This document shows, in pieces, positions 28,972 to 37,412 of a DNA stretch of 43,465 nt. The stretch is from a virus (taxonomy: Duplodnaviria; Heunggongvirae; Uroviricota; Caudoviricetes). Position 1 is the stretch's first letter; every line of letters begins with the position of its first letter. Where the stretch lies: IMG/VR virus record IMGVR_UViG_2563366823_000003; one strand, given 5' to 3'. The translations under genes were made by a program, and so were the position numbers. The notes under the pieces were generated by a model that worked only from the letters and a program-made list of their open reading frames with translations, was not told the origin of the DNA and searched no databases.

Positions 28972-29583
28972 TCCTTATGGGATTCAGCATAAAAAAGTTT
29001 TGGGCCCACGTCCTCAACATCAAGAAGATCATCTTCCTCCAAATACTTGGATTTAGTCAAAACCATACCAGTGCGTTTTTTGTCGCTTTCTAAATCCAAA
29101 TATGTAACTTGATATAAAGTATAATTAATACTTATTGTAGGATTTATAAGTATCATGCTTGAATTAATATATATTAAAGCCGTTACCGTTAACAATATTG
29201 CTATAGGTATAACATTAGTTAAATGTGGATAGGTCCTGAAATACAAACGGAATTATATATGTAAAAAGATAGCTTATTGATTCATTGTTTTTATTTTCAA
29301 TATCTATAACTCTTACAGTTCTACCACTAGTGGCGCATCGACGTTTTATATTTTTTAAAAAAATTGTTAATCCTACAATACCAAATAATGATAATACACC
29401 AATGACACTGACCGCGCCAAAGTATTTAAAGAAAATAGTTAATGATTCAACACTTATACCTTTCCAATTTAAATAGCTTCTATAAGTATACAATTGCACA
29501 AAACACATGATAAAGAATAGGGGAAGGTATGACACTATAAATAGCGAAACTCTAGCACCTAAATGTAGTTTATTTACTCTCAT
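28968..29583 (-). CDS. multi-pass membrane protein (~205 aa, 4 TM) apparently split by a frameshift; KwaA-like?
   Basis: Two overlapping ORFs (29215-29583 and 28968-29252) each with two hydrophobic helices; second frame has no ATG at its head (TTG). Confidence 0.45.
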
Positions 29584-29697
29584 AACTACCCCACAGCCTA
29601 CACGTCTAGTATTTTATGTTATTTCGAATAATTATGCATCAGATTACCATCCTACAATTGTGCATAAAACGAGCATTTTGCTGATTTTTCTGCGGAT

Positions 29698-29737
29698 GCC
29701 TGAGACAGACAACCTCAAGCACCCGCAGCAATTCTAC
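29698..29737. repeat. right copy of the direct repeat flanking the cargo island
   Basis: See the left copy at 27678-27717. Confidence 0.6.
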
Positions 29738-29845
29738 TTAACTCTCCTTTTCCCGCAAACCGTTTTTATCCCCAGCGGCAAATCGAATACACCACCAGCG
29801 CCACCGCCATCGCAATTCCTACCGTGGTGAATGCTTCAGGCCAGG

Positions 29846-30361
29846 TCATCGCAAAACATCCTCCGCGCTTATCAGTTCGTTCCGCTTCAGGTAGTCCATC
29901 GCCTTCTCCGGTAATTTGCAGTCCGGCTTAGCTTTTTCCAGTTGGCTGGCCAGTCGTTTAACCCACATTGTTAATTCGCTAACCTGATTGCCGGATGCTG
30001 ATGGATTGTCGGCTTTACCCAAAATGGCAGCACAGCAGACCTCTTTGAGCACCCAGTCAATGGCGTCTTTCCATGCTCCGGTTTCAACTGGCGGATTCTC
30101 ACGCCGTACCTGTTCATAAAAGCGCACAGCTTTAACCAGTCCTTCTGATGTCACCGGGGCTGGCGGGGCCGTGAATAACGCCTGAATTTCATAGTTTGGT
30201 CTGTCGTTACAATCTTCTTTTGTCGGGACATATTTCCAGTCACCAGCCCACTGCTTCCCCTGAAAGTCTGTAACGTCTTTTTTCACGTAGCGATATCGCC
30301 ATGCAACTGGTTTTGCCTGCCCTGCCGTTTCATGCCCTTCCTGATAATTAATCTCGCTCAT
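29846..30361 (-). CDS. hypothetical phage early protein (171 aa)
   Basis: ORF with ATGA start/stop overlap to the upstream small gene. Confidence 0.5.
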   Translation of the reverse strand: MSEINYQEGHETAGQAKPVAWRYRYVKKDVTDFQGKQWAGDWKYVPTKEDCNDRPNYEIQALFTAPPAPVTSEGLVKAVRFYEQVRRENPPVETGAWKDAIDWVLKEVCCAAILGKADNPSASGNQVSELTMWVKRLASQLEKAKPDCKLPEKAMDYLKRNELISAEDVLR

Positions 30362-30534
30362 TCATCGCCCCACTCATCACAATATGCTTCTACCGGAGTT
30401 TTTCCTGCTTCGTAGTCATCACTCCAGGCTTCAGCATCAGCAGCACTTCCACCACGTAACTCTGCATAGTTCATTAACAGTTCATGCCATTCTTCAAAAC
30501 TGACGTTGTATTTAGTTGAACCAAAATCAGCCAT
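30358..30534 (-). CDS. small hypothetical protein (58 aa)
   Basis: MADFGSTKYNVSFEEWHELLMNYAELRGGSAADAEAWSDDYEAGKTPVEAYCDEWGDE; below track cutoff; coupled to both neighbours. Confidence 0.4.
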   Translation of the reverse strand: MADFGSTKYNVSFEEWHELLMNYAELRGGSAADAEAWSDDYEAGKTPVEAYCDEWGDE

Positions 30535-30709
30535 TTTGTTCTTCCTCTTCGTCTTTTATTTCGTGATATGAATAATTGCAGTAGTTAAAGAAAATTTCTT
30601 TTGCTTCGTCATGAATTTCATCAGGTGTTGCGTCATCGTCCACTTCGAATACATCCTCAAAATCTCCACCAGCTATTCCCGTTTCAATAATTATTTTGAA
30701 CTTTCGCAT
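30527..30709 (-). CDS. small acidic hypothetical protein (60 aa)
   Basis: ORF in a chain of coupled small early genes. Confidence 0.35.
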   Translation of the reverse strand: MRKFKIIIETGIAGGDFEDVFEVDDDATPDEIHDEAKEIFFNYCNYSYHEIKDEEEEQNG

Positions 30710-30799
30710 TTCACTACCGCCATTTCGAACGGCCTCCTGATGTTTTGAGGGTGCAGAAATCCCTCCGGTTAAGGATTATATTTTCAATAATAATGTTGA

Positions 30800-31213
30800 T
30801 TATTCGGGGCCAAGTTTTGTCGCCCTGCGTATCCGCGCTTTCACATTACGCTCAATCTGAATTAGCTTTTCTATATTTTTACGTCTTTCCCGCTCCTCCT
30901 GACGCAATTGTTTTACATCATCTGCCAGTCTGGTTTCTCTTTTCGCCACAGAGAGCATCCAGTCAAATGGCTCCACAACTGCGCCACATATTTTGCAGCG
31001 GACCTGACGCTCTTTTTCATCAACCCTGACAGAAGCGTGATGGCAATATGGTTTCTCCGATGGCTCATAAAGAAAATTAACCTGATTACGTGGGTCATCA
31101 TCTTTTACCGGAAATAAAACAATATTCCCGGACTCATCTTCTGGGGTTATTTCCACGTCACTCTCCTTTGATGCGAATGCCAGCGGCAATTGAAGCCTGA
31201 TAGCTGATTTCAC
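30800..31213 (-). CDS. hypothetical protein (137 aa) with Cys/His cluster
   Basis: ORF with C-H-H...C-x2-C arrangement suggesting a small Zn-binding module. Confidence 0.45.
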   Translation of the reverse strand: MKSAIRLQLPLAFASKESDVEITPEDESGNIVLFPVKDDDPRNQVNFLYEPSEKPYCHHASVRVDEKERQVRCKICGAVVEPFDWMLSVAKRETRLADDVKQLRQEERERRKNIEKLIQIERNVKARIRRATKLGPE

Positions 31214-31636
31214 TCACAGCACCACCTCCTGAAAATTCCCCTGATAAAACGCCAGCACGCGCTGCATAACTTCGCTCTTCCGGCACTCGCTACAGATTAT
31301 GTTCTGACGCCTGTCATAACGACGTATTTCTCCGTCTGGCAATGACCAGATTAGGTTTGGATCTACCACAACCGGTTTCTTCACCTTTGCCCTCGATAGC
31401 TTTTTGCGGGCGTTTTGCCAGTCTTTACGAGCCTGTTCAGAGGGAAATAACCCGTAGCCAGAGTTGTATACATCACCACTAGCAACCAGCTCTCTGGCGA
31501 GAACACTCATCAGATATCTTGTCGCACCTGTTTTCGCTTCCAGTTGCCGTAACGTCTCGCGACCGCTCAGACGTACAAGTTCAACAACCTGCCCTTTAAT
31601 TTTTTCCCGCTCTTCTGGTGTAAATACTTTTGCCAT
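31214..31636 (-). CDS. hypothetical phage protein (140 aa)
   Basis: ORF adjacent to the upstream gene (ATG follows its stop). Confidence 0.45.
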   Translation of the reverse strand: MAKVFTPEEREKIKGQVVELVRLSGRETLRQLEAKTGATRYLMSVLARELVASGDVYNSGYGLFPSEQARKDWQNARKKLSRAKVKKPVVVDPNLIWSLPDGEIRRYDRRQNIICSECRKSEVMQRVLAFYQGNFQEVVL

Positions 31637-31651
31637 AGGTGCCTCCGATAA

Positions 31652-32464
31652 TCACTTTTCCGACACAATACGACTGGAGGAATCGACAATCTGTCGGACA
31701 ATATCCCGGTGCTTGTTCAGCTCCCGCAGCGCGGCGCAGACTCGCTCCCACTTCTGGACATGATTTTTCGCCCGACGAAGTTCGCGGTTTGCCATTTGCA
31801 GCGATGGTAAAATCAGGTCATCCGCTTGCGTTTCGGTGAACGATGGCAGCGACTGCACAATGTCCGCCACAGTTTCTGTTTTAATATCTTCCTGTGTTGC
31901 AGCTTCCTGTACTGGTAACGCAACACATGCAGGCTGAGGAAAGGCTTTACCATCAGTTTCCGCTACCGATGCCGCTTTCGGCTCTGCTGGTAAATTATCG
32001 CCCGGCATGCAGTAACGAAATTTACCGTTCTGATTAACGCGAATCAGACGACCTTTGCTGATTGCCATTGCCAGCGTTGAAGCCACTTTGCGGGATGTTG
32101 TACCGAACAGCGTAGCCAGTTCATCCGCCGTTTGTGGTCCGCGTTGTTCAATCGTCGCGGTTAAATCGCACTCTGAGATTTTCGCTACTGTCGCCGTGGT
32201 GGTTTCTTCCGGCTGTTCTTCTGGCGCTGGCTGTTCCTGCTGAACGTTGTTATCAGCCACACGCCAGGTGTATACGCTTTTATCAACGCAGCCAGCCTTT
32301 TTCAGTTCCCACAGCTCGTTCAGTACTTCTTCACGACTGATATCAAGTCGCGCAGCCAGCTCTACCGACGTGGCTTTTCCCATCGCTTTCAGTGCGTCAA
32401 AAACAGTCTCCATTAAAATTTCCTCCCGGTAAAAATCACTTCGCAATTCCTTGCTGGACGACAT
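31652..32464 (-). CDS. hypothetical protein with two winged-helix-like segments (270 aa)
   Basis: Track ORF; start uncertain (internal Met 18 METVFDALK... would remove the overlap with the DnaC-like gene). Confidence 0.4.
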   Translation of the reverse strand: MSSSKELRSDFYREEILMETVFDALKAMGKATSVELAARLDISREEVLNELWELKKAGCVDKSVYTWRVADNNVQQEQPAPEEQPEETTTATVAKISECDLTATIEQRGPQTADELATLFGTTSRKVASTLAMAISKGRLIRVNQNGKFRYCMPGDNLPAEPKAASVAETDGKAFPQPACVALPVQEAATQEDIKTETVADIVQSLPSFTETQADDLILPSLQMANRELRRAKNHVQKWERVCAALRELNKHRDIVRQIVDSSSRIVSEK

Positions 32465-33182
32465 TCGGACGCCAGCTCTCCCAGTTAAAATTCACCCATC
32501 GCCCGCCGTTCATGGTCATGCGATCCATAATCCGCTCGCCGAGCAATGTTTTCATGGCCTCATAGTTCAGGTTTGTCAGCATCCCCACGCTGCGCATCGA
32601 CGCTGTCCGGCGATCAACAATCTGGTGCAGCACCACCTGCTCGTTTTTCGTCTCGCGCTGAATGCCAATTTCATCAAGAACCAGCAGATCCACTTCGCAC
32701 AGCTCCCGCAAAAATTTTTCGCCTGACTGCCCGTCGTCATAGCTGGCGTGCAGGGCGCTCATAACATCAGCCACGGTAACCACAATCACTGTCTGACCGT
32801 CTTTCAGCAGGCGATTCCCGATAGCTGCCGCTAAGTGATTCTTCCCGGTACCAGGTTTTCCGCTGAACGCAAAATTTGTACACCCGGTCATCAGTTCATC
32901 GGCGATGGATTTCGCCTGGCTTAACGCGTACCGCTGGCCGTCGTTCTGCACCTGGTAATTCGCAAACGAGCATTTACGGTGCAACGGCTGGATGCCTGAA
33001 CGATTCAGAATTTTTTCCACCCGCAACTGGCGATTCAGGCGGTTGATCTCCTCGCTACGTTTCTGGCCTTCAGCAAGTTGCCACTCGCGCCACTCCGCTA
33101 CCGTTCTGAATGGGGCGGTTACATGTGGCGGGGTCAGTCGGCGGATGCGTTCCAGAACGCCGCCTGTCGCAATATTTTTCAT
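32436..33182 (-). CDS. DnaC-like helicase loader (IstB-like AAA+ ATPase)
   Basis: Walker [16 protein letters not shown] and Walker B LLVLDEIG; downstream of the O-like initiator. Confidence 0.8.
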   Translation of the reverse strand: MKNIATGGVLERIRRLTPPHVTAPFRTVAEWREWQLAEGQKRSEEINRLNRQLRVEKILNRSGIQPLHRKCSFANYQVQNDGQRYALSQAKSIADELMTGCTNFAFSGKPGTGKNHLAAAIGNRLLKDGQTVIVVTVADVMSALHASYDDGQSGEKFLRELCEVDLLVLDEIGIQRETKNEQVVLHQIVDRRTASMRSVGMLTNLNYEAMKTLLGERIMDRMTMNGGRWVNFNWESWRPNVVQQGIAK

Positions 33183-33188
33183 GGTCCA

Positions 33189-33983
33189 TTACCCCCTGAA
33201 GCCTGGCGGGATCGCACTGTCCGGCAACGAGACAGTGTTAACCTGTCGGAGCAACGTCTCAGGCCGAACACCTTTCGGCGCGAACAGGCCCTGGTATTCA
33301 TTGGCGATGCTGTGTCGAATCACCTGCTCAGGTGTAAAACCCTGCTGACGGAATTTTTCCAGCTCCCGTATCGCCCCGTTAGCGCCCTGCTCCGTTCGAA
33401 TCGGTTTTCGCAATGCCTGCCTGAACTTAACCCACTCATGCCAGAGTGTTTCCGGCAACCAGTCAGGCAGCTCGATAGCCTCCGGCTCGAATTTTTTAGA
33501 CGCTCGTTTTTGGCGAGGGGGATTTAGGGGGAGATCAGTATTTATATCTTCCTCTTCCTCTTCCTCTTCCTCTGGTAACGCTTTTTGATCCGTTTGTGTA
33601 ACGCTGCCAGCGTTACCTTTTCGTTTCAGTTCGCGTATTTTTGTAACTCGCTCGTTTGTAACCGCCCGTTTTTTAGAGCTTTTTCCGTTATGACGTTCAA
33701 AGTTAGGTAGAGAAAGCCCACCGTCATTTTCGACCAGCCATCCAACCTGAATTAACGCATCAGCAAAACCAGCCATAAAAGTGATGCGGTCTATTGCACT
33801 TTTTGTAACGCCGCGAGCGTTACAATCTGCATTACCGTCTATCATTTGTTGATCCGCCCATGCCCAGAAGCGAATAACCTTCCCTAATGCGGCATCTGGA
33901 TCAATATTCAGAATCTCAGCAAGCCTGAATATTTCCGGCTTATCCGGCGTAATAACCTCGAGCTTTATCCAGTTTGAAGCCAT
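33189..33983 (-). CDS. replication initiator, O-like (YdaU/DUF1376-like)
   Basis: 264 aa with central poly-Glu linker, upstream of the DnaC-like gene; carries inverted-repeat motifs. Confidence 0.6.
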   Translation of the reverse strand: MASNWIKLEVITPDKPEIFRLAEILNIDPDAALGKVIRFWAWADQQMIDGNADCNARGVTKSAIDRITFMAGFADALIQVGWLVENDGGLSLPNFERHNGKSSKKRAVTNERVTKIRELKRKGNAGSVTQTDQKALPEEEEEEEEDINTDLPLNPPRQKRASKKFEPEAIELPDWLPETLWHEWVKFRQALRKPIRTEQGANGAIRELEKFRQQGFTPEQVIRHSIANEYQGLFAPKGVRPETLLRQVNTVSLPDSAIPPGFRG

Positions 33984-34060
33984 TTGTTTTCACCTTGTAA
34001 CGCTCGCAGCGTTACATTTAACTGATACCGAACAAAACAATCCGGCACGATTAATTTCAA

Positions 34061-34483
34061 TCAATGCACTACGACAGAATCGCCGGGCGACCCACCACCG
34101 CTGAAATGTGCTTTCCGGTAAACGGCCTGGACTGCATCATCATGCGCATCAATTGCCGTACTCAATGCTTCCTGCGCCGCCAGTAATGCACGGCGTTCCA
34201 GGGTATCGAAGATACAGAGTCGGTGACGCAGCTCGCGCGGAAGAATTGCCAGAACCGCAGGGATCAGTTTCTGAATTTTTTCCCTTTGCGCTTTCGTTTC
34301 ACCTTTCAACCAACGGTGATAGATATTCTGCTGATTGTTCCAGTCCTTGCCTGGTACAAGGGGCAATTCGCCGCCCCCCTGGCGCAGATATTCTTCAGTA
34401 ATTGCGTTAGCGACCCACGCCTGCCCTTTTTCGGCTGCCAGGGCCAACAACACTGATTCGATATGCTCATGCCTGATTTTCAT
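34061..34483 (-). CDS. YdaT-like protein (CII-position regulator)
   Basis: 140-aa ORF immediately downstream of the cro-like gene, same size and position as Rac ydaT (recalled). Confidence 0.5.
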   Translation of the reverse strand: MKIRHEHIESVLLALAAEKGQAWVANAITEEYLRQGGGELPLVPGKDWNNQQNIYHRWLKGETKAQREKIQKLIPAVLAILPRELRHRLCIFDTLERRALLAAQEALSTAIDAHDDAVQAVYRKAHFSGGGSPGDSVVVH

Positions 34484-34722
34484 GAATCAACCGCTCCTAT
34501 GCTGTTTTCGCTATGCTTACCGTCTGGGGGGAATACATCGTCAAGTCCACAATGAGCGCCAAGCCGATTAAGGGTAGAAACAATTTTTCTGCACTCCTCT
34601 AGCCCAGGGGTACGAAAATTTGCTTCGTAATTTGCCAGTCGGCTTTGTATCCACCCTAACTGAACAGCGAGTTGTCTTTGAGACAACCCAAGCTGTTTTC
34701 GATATGTTGAAATTTTGTTCAT
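34480..34722 (-). CDS. Cro/YdaS-like HTH regulator
   Basis: 80 aa with HTH LGLSQRQLAVQLGWIQSRLANYE; divergent from the repressor gene. Confidence 0.6.
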   Translation of the reverse strand: MNKISTYRKQLGLSQRQLAVQLGWIQSRLANYEANFRTPGLEECRKIVSTLNRLGAHCGLDDVFPPDGKHSENSIGAVDS

Positions 34723-34818
34723 TGAAAACCTCCGATGACAATTTTAAACACACATTGTGTTATATTGTCAAGCTATTTTGTGTTTTATGTAAATCACGAT
34801 TCGTGATACAAGGATGCA
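34723..34818. promoter_or_regulatory. divergent promoter/operator region between repressor and cro-like gene
   Basis: Palindromes aacacaCATtgtgtt (about 34746-34760) and atcacgaTtcgtgat (34791-34805) in a 96-bp intergenic region. Confidence 0.55.
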
Positions 34819-35238
34819 ATGGAAAAAGAAAACGAAAAAATTGCCGCTAGTAGGCTCAATGACAAAATTGCAATGCGTCTTAAAGAGCGCAGGCAGAAGC
34901 TTGGTTTATCTCAAGGAAAACTTGCTGAAATCTGCGGATGGACGCAATCGCGTATAGGTAACTATGAGGCGGGCAGCAGAAATGTTGGAGTGCATGACGC
35001 TGTCGTATTGGGAAAGGCTCTTGGCATATCTCCTCCTGAGCTCCTCTTTGGAGAACAGGAATCTTCTGAATTGTGGTTAAATGAATCCCAACGAAAACTT
35101 CTTGAGTTGTTTAACCAGCTACCGGGCTCAGAACAACAACGAATGATTGAGCTATTTGAAGTCCGGCTAAAAGAAATCGATGAGTATGTAGAAAAATATT
35201 TGAGAGGCAGGCTTAAAGATAATCCCCCACCGGAGTAA
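34819..35238 (+). CDS. prophage repressor, RacR-like (XRE-family HTH)
   Basis: 139 aa with HTH LGLSQGKLAEICGWTQSRIGNYE; no peptidase domain; divergent from cro-like gene. Confidence 0.7.
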   Translation: MEKENEKIAASRLNDKIAMRLKERRQKLGLSQGKLAEICGWTQSRIGNYEAGSRNVGVHDAVVLGKALGISPPELLFGEQESSELWLNESQRKLLELFNQLPGSEQQRMIELFEVRLKEIDEYVEKYLRGRLKDNPPPE

Positions 35239-35268
35239 TGATCTTGCTATCACAGTAATATGCCAATC

Positions 35269-35293
35269 AGCCCGCTATCAGCGGGCTTTTTTG
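35269..35293 (+). terminator. rho-independent terminator after the repressor gene
   Basis: Stem agcccgc/gcgggct with 5-nt loop followed by TTTTTT. Confidence 0.65.
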
Positions 35294-35543
35294 TACCATC
35301 ATCATATGACACCCACCACAAAACACATTTCGTGTTGACACAAGAAAACGCATTGTGTTTAATAAGCATATCCAAACAACGCCCCACCAGAGAACGGCAG
35401 GACAATACCTCGAGTTATCCAGCCACTGAACAGGGCTAAGTAGCCAGCCTGAGGCATACGAACATGACGGCAGTTGTTGATTGATACAAAGCGCAGTAGA
35501 TAAAACGTTCCGCCACCCGGCGTTAAGGGGAAATGAGGTCAAC

Positions 35544-35699
35544 ATGGATACTATCGATCTTGGCAACAACGAATCTCTGGTATGTGGCGTGTTTCCCAAT
35601 CAGGACGGCACATTCACCGCCATGACATATACCAAAAGCAAAACGTTTAAAACCGAAGCTGGCGCACGTCGTTGGTTGGGAAGACATTCAGGTGAGTAA
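35544..35699 (+). CDS. small hypothetical protein (51 aa)
   Basis: ATG-initiated ORF MDTIDLGNNESLV... downstream of operator-like palindromes. Confidence 0.4.
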   Translation: MDTIDLGNNESLVCGVFPNQDGTFTAMTYTKSKTFKTEAGARRWLGRHSGE

Positions 35700-35700
35700 A

Positions 35701-35904
35701 ATGAACGAGACAGAATTAAAACACGTTATCGCTCTACTCCTAGAAGATGCAAAACGCCTCCAGCAACTGGAGCCAAATGCAGGCACTGGGGCACGCATCT
35801 GGCTGGCTAAAGAAGCGCTGGAATCTGGCGATTATGATAGCGAAGAAGCCTTCTACAAAGCAGAAGGCCGTGCAGGATATTCACCGGGTCTTGGCGGGGT
35901 ATAA
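35701..35904 (+). CDS. small hypothetical protein (67 aa)
   Basis: ATG 35701 with AGGTGAG upstream; the track start at 35692 is GTG. Confidence 0.4.
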   Translation: MNETELKHVIALLLEDAKRLQQLEPNAGTGARIWLAKEALESGDYDSEEAFYKAEGRAGYSPGLGGV

Positions 35905-35994
35905 ATACCATGCGCATTGACTGAATTCGCAAACAAAAACAGACGCGCGATATCTGGATAGTCGGTCTGCATAGTCAGATATCTGGCTGCGAAT

Positions 35995-36171
35995 TTAATA
36001 AATATCACCGCCCTTTTCGGAAACATAAGTTCCGTCCGGGAGTTGATTATACGAACCATCTCCATGGGGGATCGTTCTCCTGAATCCTAGTGAGAGCATA
36101 TATTTATGAAGCCCTTCGTAATCCTCTGGCTCAGCATTATATAGTTCTACTCTGGCGAGATACGTTGGCAT
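35995..36171 (-). CDS. small hypothetical protein (~58 aa) in the sieB-equivalent position
   Basis: Minus-strand ORF MPTYLARVELYNAEPEDYEGLHKYM... with AAGGAA upstream of ATG 36171; only opposite-strand gene in the early-left operon. Confidence 0.4.
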   Translation of the reverse strand: MPTYLARVELYNAEPEDYEGLHKYMLSLGFRRTIPHGDGSYNQLPDGTYVSEKGGDIY

Positions 36172-36571
36172 ATTCATTTCCTTACTGGTTGTGTGAGAAC
36201 TCCAGTAAAGATACCACCAAAGCCCGGAGGTGGTGAAATAAAACCGGGCACAACACGAAGGCGCATTTCTGGTATCCATAAAGAGTCGGTCTTGTCTGTT
36301 AAATTTAAATGGTGGGAGTGCGCCTCCGGTTGTAAATAACGACATTGCTTTGTGTAGTCTTTGGCGGCATCAGTTCTACTCCGTGGCTGCCCTGCCGCCC
36401 CTTTTTAAAGTGAATTTTGTGATGCGGTGAATGCGGCTAAGCGCACGCGGAACAGTTAAAAGCATCAGTGTTATGGGTGGATTATCCGGCGTTAATTGTT
36501 AACTGGTTAACGTCACCTGGAGGCACCAGGCACCGCATCGACAAAATTCATTTGTAAAAATGGAGATAATT

Positions 36572-36793
36572 ATGATTGCTCATCACTTCGGAACTGATGA
36601 AATACCACGTCAGTGTGTGACCCCTGGCGATTATGTTCTTCATGAAGGTCGGACATATATCGCCTCGGCAAACAATATTAAAAAGCGAAAACTTTATATT
36701 CGTAGCCTGACTACAAAAACATGCATTTCTGACTGCATGATTAGAGTCTTCCTCGGTCGTGATGGTTTACCTGTAAAGGCGGAGTCATGGTAA
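36572..36793 (+). CDS. KilR-like small protein (73 aa)
   Basis: ATG 36572 with GGAGA upstream; size and position match Rac kilR (identity not verified). Confidence 0.45.
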   Translation: MIAHHFGTDEIPRQCVTPGDYVLHEGRTYIASANNIKKRKLYIRSLTTKTCISDCMIRVFLGRDGLPVKAESW

Positions 36794-36963
36794 TGACTAA
36801 GAAAATAAAATGTGCTTATCACCTTTGCAATAAAGAAATTGAAGAAAGCAAAATCATTACAAGACCACTTCATTTCATGCGTGGAGTTATACCAACGACG
36901 GAAATGAAAAAATATTGTAGTGAAATCTGTGCCGAAAAAAACCAGATGGCACACGAACTTTAA
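36794..36963 (+). CDS. small Cys-rich protein (56 aa), YdaE-like
   Basis: [12 protein letters not shown]...KYCSEICAEKNQMAHEL; below track cutoff; between kilR-like and racC-like genes. Confidence 0.5.
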
Positions 36964-37037
36964 TTAACTGACTATCCGAAACTGAATTTATGCCAGCAAT
37001 GGCAGGGATTCGCTCAACCTTAATTAAGGAGAAAAAC

Positions 37038-37313
37038 ATGATTACCAGTTATGAAGCCACTGTTGTTACTACTGATGACATTGTTCACGAAGTCAGCCTG
37101 GAAGGAAAACGTATTGGCTACGTGATTAAGACAGAAAATAAAGAAACCCCATTCACTGTGGTTGATATCGACGGTCCATCAGGCAACGTTAAAACACTTA
37201 ACGATGGTGTTAAAAAAATGTGTCTGGTGCACATAGGAAAGAATCTGCCCGCAGAAAAAAAAGCCGAATTTCTGGCAACTCTGATTGCAATGAAATTAAA
37301 AGGTGAAATCTGA
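37038..37313 (+). CDS. RacC-like protein (91 aa)
   Basis: ATG 37038 with AAGGAG 7 nt upstream; size and position upstream of recE match Rac racC. Confidence 0.5.
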   Translation: MITSYEATVVTTDDIVHEVSLEGKRIGYVIKTENKETPFTVVDIDGPSGNVKTLNDGVKKMCLVHIGKNLPAEKKAEFLATLIAMKLKGEI

Positions 37314-37412
37314 AAAAAAGAAAGCCTGCACACTGTGCAGGCCTGAGTGAAGAACCTGGGACATTTATTCATCACTCGCAGTAATTTTAATCTGAGTTGA
37401 GGTTAAAAAACA

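Noticed and set aside
35267-35599. 110-aa minus-strand ORF from the track
   Set aside because: Overlaps the repressor terminator and operator-like palindromes; Cys/Trp-rich odd composition; no RBS
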